Source: Pseudogymnoascus verrucosus
Taxonomy: Eukaryota
Assembly (NCBI GenBank): GCA_001662655.1
Contig: KV460212.1
Strand: one strand, 5' to 3'
Length of the DNA stretch: 64,000 nucleotides
Of this stretch, positions 27,114 to 37,946 are shown one piece after another. The position numbers and the translations under genes are program-made. How positions within the stretch are numbered: position 1 is the first letter of the stretch; each line of letters opens with the position of its first letter. The notes under the pieces were generated by a model that did not search any database, was not told where the DNA came from, and saw only the letters and a program-made list of their open reading frames with translations.

Positions 27114-27846
27114 ATGCAGTACCAACTATCGGACGTATGTCTTGGCGACATTGATATGTTGGTTCGTCAGTGTGAATTACCTGCAATGAGTCGAGACCCG
27201 TTAAAGATGATTATGTTCCCTAATGCGGATCCAAGTCCCGAAGAGGAAGAGGAAGAAACAAAGTGGTCAATCGAGTATCTGCAGGAAAGTTTACAAAACG
27301 ATTCTTGCTATTTCCGGAAAGTGACCGATAGCTCTGGTTGCTATGCTGGCTTCGCTATCTGGACTTTAGACCCGAGCAGTACGGTAACAGGGCACAAGAC
27401 AAAATCTACACAGAAGCGGCGCGAGTCATGGAATCCTGCATCACTAGATGTGAGAGCTTGGATCGAAGTCTCTAATCTACTGAGAGAAGAGCGCCAAAGA
27501 GTACTGAATGGTCAACACAATATATGGAGTAAGTCCACCACTATTTCTATACGAAACCGACCTAAGTCGTGTGTCAGGATTAACTACGATATCGGTGACA
27601 CCCGAGCATCAAAGACAGGGTGTTGGATCTATGCTGATGCAGTGGGGCTGCGATAAGGCGGACTCTTGTGGCTGGAATTCCTTCGTTATGGCATCTCCTG
27701 ATGGAGTTCCACTATATACCAAATTTGATTTTAAAGTCGTAGGGCAGGTGCAGATAAAGCATGGTGCCTTCACAAGTATGTTTCGGGAATCGAGACCTTT
27801 TATAGAGAGGAGCGATAACAACACTGACAATTCCATAAAATATTGA
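27114..27846 (+). CDS. GNAT-family acetyltransferase, 2 exons (27114-27528, 27578-27846), ~227 aa
   Basis: AGFAIW; acetyl-CoA motif A ISVTPEHQRQGVGSMLMQWG; ASPDGVPLYTKFDF; GTAAGT..CAG intron restores the frame. Confidence 0.85.
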
Positions 27847-28088
27847 AAGGTGATGATGTAAAGCAGTTATTTCTAAAGTTATATTACATAATTACTTTTG
27901 TTTGCGACCTATTAGCGATACTATTCTTCGACTTACTTTCTCATAGCCAACTTCAACCTATGTTGGGCCTCTATGTTGGGTTCATTCAGACAAACTTCTT
28001 TCACATATCTGTGCCTCCTCGCTTTCGCAGAGTTTGGTTTGGTTTGATCACGGAAGAGTTACTATTTTGGCATACTCTTCTTTATTAT

Positions 28089-28999
28089 ATGTCTCATAAT
28101 ATTATTCAAGCTGCGGCTCCGCTTCCATTTGCTAACCCCAATATCGACGCTTTTCGAAGAGAAATTCGCGCTGGAAACCTACCAGGTGTTCAAAATACAT
28201 TCTCTGAGTGGCTAGAAGACGACCCTTCAAATATTTCGAAGATAGGACGTTTATATCTTTGCATAGGCGATGCTATTGAGTGTAGTCAGCATGAAATCCT
28301 CACCTATCTGCTATCGGAAGGTTTTCCTCTCGACATGTTTGACATCCGTCTTGCTACCCGCCGTAAGGAACGATGCGCGCTTGAAATACTTATTGCCCAT
28401 GGGTGGAACATCAACAAACCAAGGACTAACCGTGACCCCCCTTTATTGAGGTATGCTGCGAGCTATTCCTAGGATATCCCAAACTTACATGGCGTAGCCA
28501 AGCCATAAAGGATGAAAAGCTAGCTTCTTGGTTTTTAGACCATGGAGCTAATCCAAATGCTGAATGCGATTTTGATTTTACTCCCCTCTCCGCGGCAATG
28601 GTCAGCGCATCATTTGCTACCATCAAGTTATTATTTGATCGCGGAGGCTCGGTCAAACACGGTCAACTACTCCATTATGTTGCCAGACGAAGCGGGCCAG
28701 ATCGCATTAAGATACTAGATTTCATCCTCTCAAAGGGAGCGCCAGGGATGAACAGACTACTGCACCAGCATCGGCCTGCTGACTATTTACCCCTCGAGTA
28801 TGCCGGCCTGTCGACTCCGCTAGGGATGGCTGCTAGAGAGGGGACTTTGGATATAGCCCGGTATCTTTTAAAAAGCGGTGCGGATCCCACAATTAAGAAC
28901 TCGCTAGGATATCTACCGATTGAGACTGCAGAATATTATAATAATCATGACATCGTTACGCTTCTGTCCGAGTTTGGTGCGGCGTCGTCAAATCATTGA
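28089..28999 (+). CDS. Small ankyrin-repeat protein, 2 exons (28089-28450, 28498-28999), ~287 aa
   Basis: LIAHGWNIN, WFLDHGANPN, TPLSAAM..IKLLFDRGG, TPLGMAAREGTLDIARYLLKSGADPTIKN; GTATGC..TAG intron. Confidence 0.8.
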
Positions 29000-30118
29000 T
29001 GGAGGTTCTGCAGCGGCAAAGCAAAACACCTCTCAGCTACAGCGCTTCTCACTCTCTTTGGGGAATATATATCTCGGGGTCTTTGGATGCGCTCGGTCTG
29101 CACGTATCAGAAATTTTGGCAAATTATTAGCTGCGGTGCTCACACTCCTCAGGTATGAGTCGTTGAGTGATTCTTCGGACATGAGATCCGATGGCCATTT
29201 CAGACAGCGGTCAGAAAATTAGCTGGTGCCGGAAGATGCGGGGAATATATTATATACTGTTAGGAACGCCTAATATTTTTTAGAATTGAAACTGTCATGG
29301 CGTGATAGAGTTGATGCCGCCGATACATCACGTCCGGCCAGGTATATTCCAGCTCACAGAACCACCATGCTCAAATACCAGAACCGGAGCAGCACACAAA
29401 TACATATATATATGTCACTCTCCCCAATTAGTCATTCCACTCCCCACAGTCCAAACTTTAATTCTCCGCGGGTGCGTTTATCCGTTGAATGTTGAATGGG
29501 CTCGGGGTTCCTTTCCGTCGGCGTTGTTGTGCGCAATCATGTGGTCTCCTCGGTGTTCCACCCCATTTCAACCCATACACAAATAGCACTTCGTGACATG
29601 CCGGATTTTTGTCAACATATACCGACACATAAAATATGCCATACTACTTTAGCTACTCCATCTTCTCCCCGGATTGTGGCGCACATGAAAAAAAAAACCC
29701 CCCCTGCGGAGCCTTGCGGGCGAGGCTGACGCTTGGAGGGGTAGCGCCAAGCCGCTAAGAAAATTCCCCGTCATTGATAACGGGGGATGAAGACCGACGC
29801 CTGATGCCGAGATAAGAATATCAAGTTCCCGATGCCCGTGGAATTTTCGATTCCGACTTTCCTTTCAAGCCCACCAACCCTTTCTCTTACTATATTTTGA
29901 CAATATAGGGTCAATTAGGTCTGCTCTTCCTCATATATTCACTATTTGCAAGATCTGAGCCCTCTATCGTCCTCTCTCACAACACAGATCCTCGTGGATC
30001 TTGGGGCGTACGAGGTACCTCGCTGGCACAGCTGATAAAACTTTTGGGAGACACCACCACAGCTTCATTTTCACCACCCTCGAAGAATTTCTAACCCGGT
30101 AGGGGATCTATCTTCAAG

Positions 30119-33100
30119 ATGGCAGCTATCCGAAGTGCCATGCGCACGAATTTGCGCCAATTGGCCTCTCGGCCTAGAGCTCCCTTATCCAGAGGATCAC
30201 GGGCGTGGGCTGGTAACCAGTGCCCACTCTCTGTGACAACCACAACCTCTGCTGGTCTCCGAACCTACTACAAAAGTGCGCCTGCAGACCCAGCAAACCG
30301 AGCAGTATCACCAAAGGAGGAGCGTGATGTCTTTGCACCACTTGACTCTTTTGCGAGGAGGCATATCGGGCCTACCCCGTCGGCGACTGAGGCGATGCTC
30401 AAGGTTCTGAACCCACCTGTGAAGAGCCTTGACGAGTTCGTAGAGTCAGTGGTACCATCGTCTATCCTTACTGCGAAGGAACTGAAGATCGATGGCCCAA
30501 GCAAGGGCGTCATGGTGGATAACCTTCCTATCAATGAGGAAGGGTACTCCGAGTCGCAACTCACCACACGCCTTAAATCAATCGCCTCGAAGAACAAGAT
30601 CCTTCGCAGCTACATCGGCTGCGGATATGCTGGAACGAGGACTCCAGAAGTTATCAAGCGTAATGTTTTGGAGAGCCCAGGGTGGTATACCAGCTACACG
30701 CCATACCAGCCCGAGATCAGCCAAGGCCGTCTTGAGTCGCTTCTCAACTTCCAGACCATGGTCTCTGACCTTACCGCGCTGCCGATTGCGAACGCATCAT
30801 TGTTGGATGAGCCAACTGCCGCGGCTGAGGCCATGACATTATCCATGAACATGCTTCCAGCCTCGAAGCAGAAGAGAGCAAACAAGACATTCTTCGTCAG
30901 TCACCTTGTGAACCCACAGACCGTCTCCGTTCTGCAGAGCAGAGCCGATGGTTTCGGCATCAAGATCGAGACTGGAGACGTGCTTAAGAATGGCAGCGCG
31001 CGTGTCAACGAGCTTGGAGATGACCTTGTTGGTGTTTTGGTTCAATATCCTGATACCGAAGGTGGAGTTGAGGACTTCAAAGCCTTGGCAGACATCGTGC
31101 ACGGACACGGATCCACACTCAGTGTGGCAACGGACTTGCTCGCCCTTACTGTTCTCACCCCTCCTGGAGAGTTTGGCGCAGATATCGCTTTCGGAAATGC
31201 GCAACGCTTTGGTGTTCCATTCGGATATGGTGGACCTCACGCTGCGTTCTTCTCCGTCTCTGAGAAGTACAAGCGCAAGATCCCCGGACGCCTCATTGGT
31301 GTGTCGAAGGACAGACTCGGTGACCGCGCACTGAGATTGGCTCTCCAGACTCGTGAGCAGCACATCAGACGTGAGAAGGCCACGAGCAATGTCTGCACTG
31401 CTCAGGCCCTCTTGGCCAACATGAGTGCCTTCTACGCCGTCTACCACGGTCCAAAGGGCCTCAAGGCTATCGCTGAGAGGACCATTGCTTGCACTAGAAT
31501 CCTCGAGGAGGGCATCAAGAGACTTGGCTTCGAGACGGGGTCAAGAGGCAAGGATGACGAGGGCAGAGCGCTTTTCGACACTATTACTGTCAACGTCGGC
31601 AACGGCAAGGCCCAAGAGGTGCTCTCATGGGCAGTCAAGGAGCGTGGCATTAACTTGAGAATGTTCGATGAGAGCCGCGTTGGAATCACCCTGGATGAGA
31701 CTATCGAGGAGCACGATCTACAAGACCTCCTCTCCATCTTCACCCAGTTTGCGCCAAAGAAGGCAGATATCCAGCTTGCTCAAATTGGCAAGGAGCTCAA
31801 CGGCACGACTGCTAAGACCTCAAAGCCGCTCATCCGCACATCGGAGTATCTCACCCACCCAGTATTCAACTCTCACCACTCCGAGACCGAGCTTCTGCGC
31901 TACATCAACCACCTTCAATCGAAGGATCTCTCCCTGACCCACTCTATGATTCCCCTCGGCTCTTGCACCATGAAGCTCAACTCCACCACGGAGATGATCC
32001 CCGTCACCTGGCCCGAATTCTCATCCATCCACCCGTTCGCCCCCGTTGACCAAGCTACGGGTTACAAGACTCTTATCGATGAGCTCGAGTCGGACCTCGC
32101 CACCATCACCGGTTTCGACGCCGTCTCTCTCCAGCCCAACTCCGGAGCGCAGGGCGAGTTCGCCGGTCTCCGCGTCATCCGCAAGTTCCACGAGCAACAA
32201 CAGGGCGGCGCCAAGCGCGACATCTGCCTCATCCCTGTCTCCGCCCACGGCACCAACCCTGCCTCTGCCGCAATGGCAGGTATGCGCGTTGTGACTATCA
32301 AGTGTGACACCAAGACCGGTAACCTGGACATGGCCGACTTGAAGGCTAAGTGCGAGAAGCACAGCGCCCAGCTCGGAGCTATCATGATCACATACCCCAG
32401 CACATTCGGTGTCTTCGAGCCCGAGGTCAAGGCTGCATGTGAGCTGGTCCACCAGCACGGCGGACAGGTCTACATGGACGGCGCCAACATGAACGCCCAG
32501 ATCGGTCTCTGCTCTCCCGGCGAGATCGGCGCTGACGTCTGCCATCTCAACCTCCACAAGACTTTCTGCATTCCCCACGGCGGTGGTGGACCCGGTGTCG
32601 GCCCCATCGGCGTGAAGTCGCACCTCGCACCCTACCTTCCCGGCCACCCTCTCATCACCACCGGCGGTGAGCACGCCATCGCGCCCGTCAGTGGTGCCCC
32701 TTGGGGTAGCGCAAGCATCCTGCCCATCTCCTGGTCTTACGTCAAGATGATGGGCGGCCGTGGTCTGACGCACGCCACCAAGATCACTCTCCTGAACGCC
32801 AACTACCTGATGTCGCGTCTGCGTGATCACTACCCGATCCTGTACACCAACGACGCAGGACGCTGCGCCCACGAGTTCATCCTCGACGTCCGCGGCTTCA
32901 AGGAGACTGCTGGAATTGAGGCTATCGATATTGCCAAGCGTCTCCAGGACTATGGTTTCCACGCGCCAACGATGAGCTGGCCTGTGGCGAACACGCTCAT
33001 GATTGAGCCGACGGAGTCGGAGAGCCAGGAGGAGTTGGACCGCTTTGCGGACGCGCTCATTGCGATTCGCGCGGAGATTAAGGATGTGGAGGAGGGCCGT

Positions 33101-33369
33101 GTTGCCAAGGGAGAGAATGTCCTGACGATGTCGCCGCATACTCAGAGGGATCTGCTTGTCGGCGAGTGGAACAGGAGTTACACGCGCGAGCAGGCTGCGT
33201 ACCCAGCGGAGTGGTTGAAGGAGAAGAAGTTCTGGCCTACTGTCACAAGGTTGGATGATTGTAAGTCTACTTCGCCCCCGTTCTAGATGATGCATTTCTA
33301 ACATATAAACTAGCATATGGAGACTTAAACCTCTTCTGCACCTGCAGCCCCGTCGACGCTATTGAGTAA
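30119..33369 (+). CDS. GCV2: Mitochondrial glycine dehydrogenase (glycine cleavage P protein), 2 exons (30119-33260, 33314-33369), ~1065 aa
   Basis: Arg-rich presequence; YTSYTPYQPEISQGRLE; MIPLGSCTMKLN; PLP lysine motif HLNLHKTFCIPHGGGGPG; C-terminal YGDLNLFCTC. Confidence 0.97.
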
Positions 33370-35000
33370 GGCGCGCGGTTCTTCTTCTAGCACGACGTAA
33401 TGTATTCAACACGAGCATTAGACGGGCGTTTATTTGGATTTACTTTGCGAGCGTTTTAACCACGCACGCGGCGTCTTTGGGTGGGGAGAATATTTCCAGG
33501 ATAGGAAAAAGGGGTAGGGCTTCAACCGCCATTTTACTATGTTTGTTTATTGGAAGGGAAATAGATAGTGATAGCTAGACCCAATAAACTTTTAGACTTC
33601 ACTGCTTGTCTGATGCTCGATTTTGCGTGATTCTCACTATGCGTGGCTCATGGGGAGAAGTTGTAGGATGGCCATTGCGGGCCCGGAACTCCATGCCCGA
33701 TGGGACAGGGCGCGGAAGCCCGTACATTTCAGCCCTCTTATCCTTCTCTACAAGACTTGGCTAACAAAGCCTGTGCTGTGTCCTTTACCCCAGGCGATTT
33801 CTGTGGTATGTGCGTAGTTAAATCTGGCGCCGGTCCTAAATAACTTTGAGAACCAGTCTGAGGGCATCGTATTATTGTAGAACCAATATGCATGGCGGCA
33901 CTGGCAGCTGCATCTTCTAAACTCTGGTTGGAGCAATATGCCCCGGAGGAGGATGATAAGGTGGCTTTCTTGTCGACAGGGTATGGCGGTGAGAATTATT
34001 GATCAACAGAATCAACCGACGGCAAGAATGCCCTGCCAACAGGACCTATCGACAGTGGGAATCACCACCGGTGAGAATCCCCTCAACCGATAATTTTGCA
34101 ACACAAGGTGCAGAACTTTAGCAACTCGACTCCAAATCTCGCGAAGGCTGCCCAGACGATCATCTCACAATGATTAGGGAGGCAAGAATATGGCTTGTTT
34201 GTTTTTCTGTTGGAGGTACTCATCCCCAGCCATTTTAAACGGACGCTCCTAGTCGATCCGGCCTCTACCGTCTGAAAATGACGAAGCTGCAAGATTACCG
34301 GCTCTGCTCGACCATCTCATTTCCAACCTCCGTGGACCCCAGGAATAGTTGCACACCGCCGTTCTAGCATCCCAAAACAAACAAAGCGGAAAAAAGCACA
34401 GGCACGACAAAGATAAGTGAGAAGTTTAGGATATAATTACCTTAAGTTCATCCACGCCTCATAATGGCCAAGGCCGGTTGCTCCTTCCCAATTCTGTTCC
34501 TTCCCTCGTTGCTCCTTCTCCCCTTCGTTCCTTCCGTCCCTTCATTCTTTCATCTCTCCGTCGCTCTTTCCCTCCTTTCTTTGTTCTCTTGTTTTCTCCT
34601 TCCTATTTCGTCAACGTCCCCACCCCTCCCTCGGTCTTTCCTTCCATTTCATACCTCGATAAACAGCAAGAGCAACCTGCCCCGGCCCTTTGCTCCTTCC
34701 TTGCCATCCCCGTCATGGTAACCAGAAGTATCCTTCACAATCAGTCCTTAAATTCAGTTCACCCACCATGAATCACCGAGCTGGCTCCGTAGACGTCTCG
34801 TGCAAACTATGAAGGAACGCATCCAGAGCTTATAGCGGTATCATCGGCAGAGAGTCGCCAGGAGTGTGTAGATCAAGCAGATTAGGCCGGCCAGGTTGGG
34901 TGGTTGAGGAGGCGAGAGGCGGAGAGAGATTTCTGCCGGTGGTGAGAATTGAAGTGGTGAGAATGGGCGAGCGGTGGCAAGAAAACGCGGTGACAGCGAC

Positions 35001-37441
35001 CAGTGTTGCCCGAATACCGCTCCGAGTACTACTCGAGCATCCTCGAGTAGAGTACTGAAAATTGAAGCTCGAGTACCGGTATTCGAGTACCGGTACTCGA
35101 ATACCTCGAGTAGTACTCGAGCTTAAAATAGATATTGATATAAAACTGTATATTACTATTCTAACTCTCATTATCTGCATCGTCGCCGCTGTCTTCGTCG
35201 TCGCCTTGTGATAAAACACCCTAATTCCGTAAGCAAAGTAGATATCTAAGTGTAGAAGGCGATAATCGGTTCCGTTTCTTTGTGATAATATCACCACCGA
35301 CACTAAATACTCGTTCTGAGTCTGCTGAGGTAGCTGGAATAGCTAGGTAATCCCTTGCAATAGAAGCAATCAATGGATATTGGTATTGCTTACTCTGCCA
35401 ATACTTAAGAATATCCGTATCCCTACCAACTGTCGGCTCCTTCATCTATTGCTTCCATTCTGGCTCAATATTGTGGCGGCTTTGTGATACGTATAGCTCA
35501 TCTTCTAAGTCGATATCGATATTTATAGCTTGCTCTATATCTAGATCCTTAGCTTTAATACTATTCATAACGTCTACTGCTCGAATATCAGACTCACGGC
35601 CTAAATATCGATAGAAGCAGTCCTACCACTGTGCTTTTGCCCTATTCTTCCTAGTTAAGTGCGTGCTATCTTTCCATATAATATTGAAGACGTTGAAGTT
35701 ATACCGAGGATCACAGATCGTAGCAATTGTAGAGTGGCTCTGTTGCTGATTTGTAGCTAGAGTATAGTAATCATTAAGCTTCTTTAACGCAATTGACGTA
35801 GCAGTAGCAATTAGGCTTCGTTCTAGTAGCTCACTTCTCATATCTTCAAGCTTCTTAATCATCCTCATATACTGCAGAACAGCGTAGTTGAGAGATAGAT
35901 AAGAAGAGCCCTATAACTTCTTAGTTAGGCAGACGAAGATATAGAATAGCTTTAATAAGTTATGTAGCGTAGCCCAGTCTACTGCTGTTAAAGCAATATC
36001 TCTCATACTAATATCAAGTTGCTATGATACGCATAAAGCTGTAATTAGAACCTAAAGCTTCAAAGCTATATCAATCATATGATAAGTTAAGCTCCATCGG
36101 ACTGGCATATCAAGAGTCAACCGACGGACTTTGATACTCGCAGCTTTACACTGATTCTTCAAGGCGTCTTTCCATCCGCGGCGGTTCCGAAACACATATA
36201 TATGACGCCAGAGCTTAGCAAGAACAGTGACGATATCATTTTTAGAAGTAAGTGGTATTCGTGCTACCCCAATCTCAAGCCGATATGCCTCTAGGCCTTC
36301 ATCTAGTGTTGCTTTTAAAGAGGCCAAAGCAGCTTAAACAGCAATATTAATAATATGCCCAATACAGCGTACGTCTCCTACTTTTGCTATAAAAGCCCAT
36401 GGTTGTTTTAGAGTAACAGGTTGTACCGAAGCCAGCTTCTCATATTCTAATAGCATAGTTGTATTCGTAGAGGCGTTATCTCTTGTAATAGTAAAGATTG
36501 CAGGCGTAATACTGTAATCGTCCGTCACATTTATCAACTGTTTAGCAAGGTATTCGCCAGAGTGGATTGGCTCTTGTAGGTGTATAACGTCGAGTATAGT
36601 ATTTCTCATTTGCCAATTATCATTAATCTAGTGTACTATAACTGCTGCATACTCAGAATAGTTCCGAGCAGACCAAGTATCTGTCGTTATTGCCAGTCGT
36701 CCACCGCTTGTGATATGCTGTTGTAATTCTACTTGAAGCCGTGCTTTATGATAGCAGAATAGTCGATATAGATCCCGTCTAATTGTAGTTCTACTAACTG
36801 TTAAGACTGTAGGATTTAGATGGTGAACTAATTGCCGGAAGGATTGGCTTTCAATAAGGCGTAATGGTAGGTTATTTGATACTATAAAAGAGAGAACAAG
36901 CTCTCTATATTTCGACGAACTTAGTGCATTACTAGGTGCTTGGCGGGGCTAGAAGAAAGCAGAAGCAGAAGTAGAGGGTGTTGATGAGCTTTGAATTGAA
37001 GATATTGTATTGTATTCTGCATGCACCGATGGGTGCTGCTTCTGAAGATGCTTCCATAGATTGCTCGTCGTTGGGTTCTTTAGGGGCTGGCTCGGCGTAT
37101 ATCCACAATTGGTTTGAAGGCATTGGTATTGGATTCTAGCAGGTACTATATCCAATAAAGTACGGTAGAATAGTCTTTTAGAAAAGAGTATTGATGTAGA
37201 ATCAGGTAATTGAACTCTTAGAGGCATATGCAGCATCGAAATAAGGGGCATTGGAATAAGGGGCGGCAGCTCTAAAGCATCAGACTGATACTCAGCCGGC
37301 ACCGGCGACAGCGAAGAGTCACTCATTACAGGAAGTAATACAGAACGCTCAAGTAGAAGCTTCAATTATCTATTCTACAATCTATATTACCCCTCTTTGC
37401 CAAGGGCTTGGCAGTACTCGAGTATTCAGAGTAGTACTCGG
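35001..37441 (-). mobile_element. hAT-superfamily DNA transposon; right end truncated at an assembly gap
   Basis: Left end starts CAGTGTTGCCCG, followed by clustered CTCGAG/GAGTACT subterminal motifs (35020-35122). CCGAGTACTACTC recurs inverted at ~37429-37441 just before the N. AT-rich interior encodes a hAT transposase. Confidence 0.85.
35161..37326 (-). pseudogene. RIP-inactivated hAT transposase (BED-type finger, DDE core, hAT C-terminal dimerisation domain)
   Basis: Five ORF-track fragments share one frame. Motifs YQCLQTNCGY..TTSNLWKHLQKQH, ITTDTWS, TRDNASTN, RCIGHIINIAV, DMPVRWS, YWQSKQYQYPLIASIARDYLAIPATSADSERVFS. At least nine in-frame TAG/TAA stops. Confidence 0.9.
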
Positions 37442-37442
37442 N

Positions 37443-37459
37443 NGGGGGGGGGGGGGGGG
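37443..37459. other. Assembly gap (N) followed by a poly-G run
   Basis: 'n' at 37443 followed by ~16 G. Confidence 0.9.
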
Positions 37460-37946
37460 AAGTTTGTGGCACACCCAACCCCCGACCCAAAACCCGTGCA
37501 CACAGCAGCCAGCCAGCCCACATGATGAGTGATAATTGTTGCCGAGTACATCTCTTGGTCTCGAGAGTACAGGTCGGAGGATGGAGGTGTATTTATATGT
37601 CCCTTAGGGTGGGGGCTGGATCGGTTGAGGACGGATCTAGGGGAGGAGTCAGCGTGGTGATTTTCTGCCCCCGACTTTCAGGGGATGGGTTGTTGATACA
37701 GGGGTAACCGCATCTTTGGATTTCCGTATTGGGTAATTGCGTCCGAACGGATTCGAGACGCAAGCTCGCCGGCCGATAGCCTTCTTCTTACAAAAACTTA
37801 CCCCACTGCATCACACACACACACCACGCACATACCACAAAAATAACTTTAAAAAATGACTACAAACTTAAACCTAAATCACTGCCTTGCCTCCCACCCG
37901 CCAATCCCATATCCCCAATCACAGCCCCTCCCCACCCCGGCCCTTG

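Noticed and set aside
32021..33316. 431-aa antisense ORF in GCV2, and similar antisense ORFs in SKY1, IMH1, amidase and PFK
   Set aside because: Expected shadows of GC3-biased codon usage on the opposite strand.
33700..34990. Possible transcription unit interrupted by the hAT (with a minus-strand TATAAATA at 37590-37597)
   Set aside because: No coherent ORF, and the assembly gap prevents linking the two sides.
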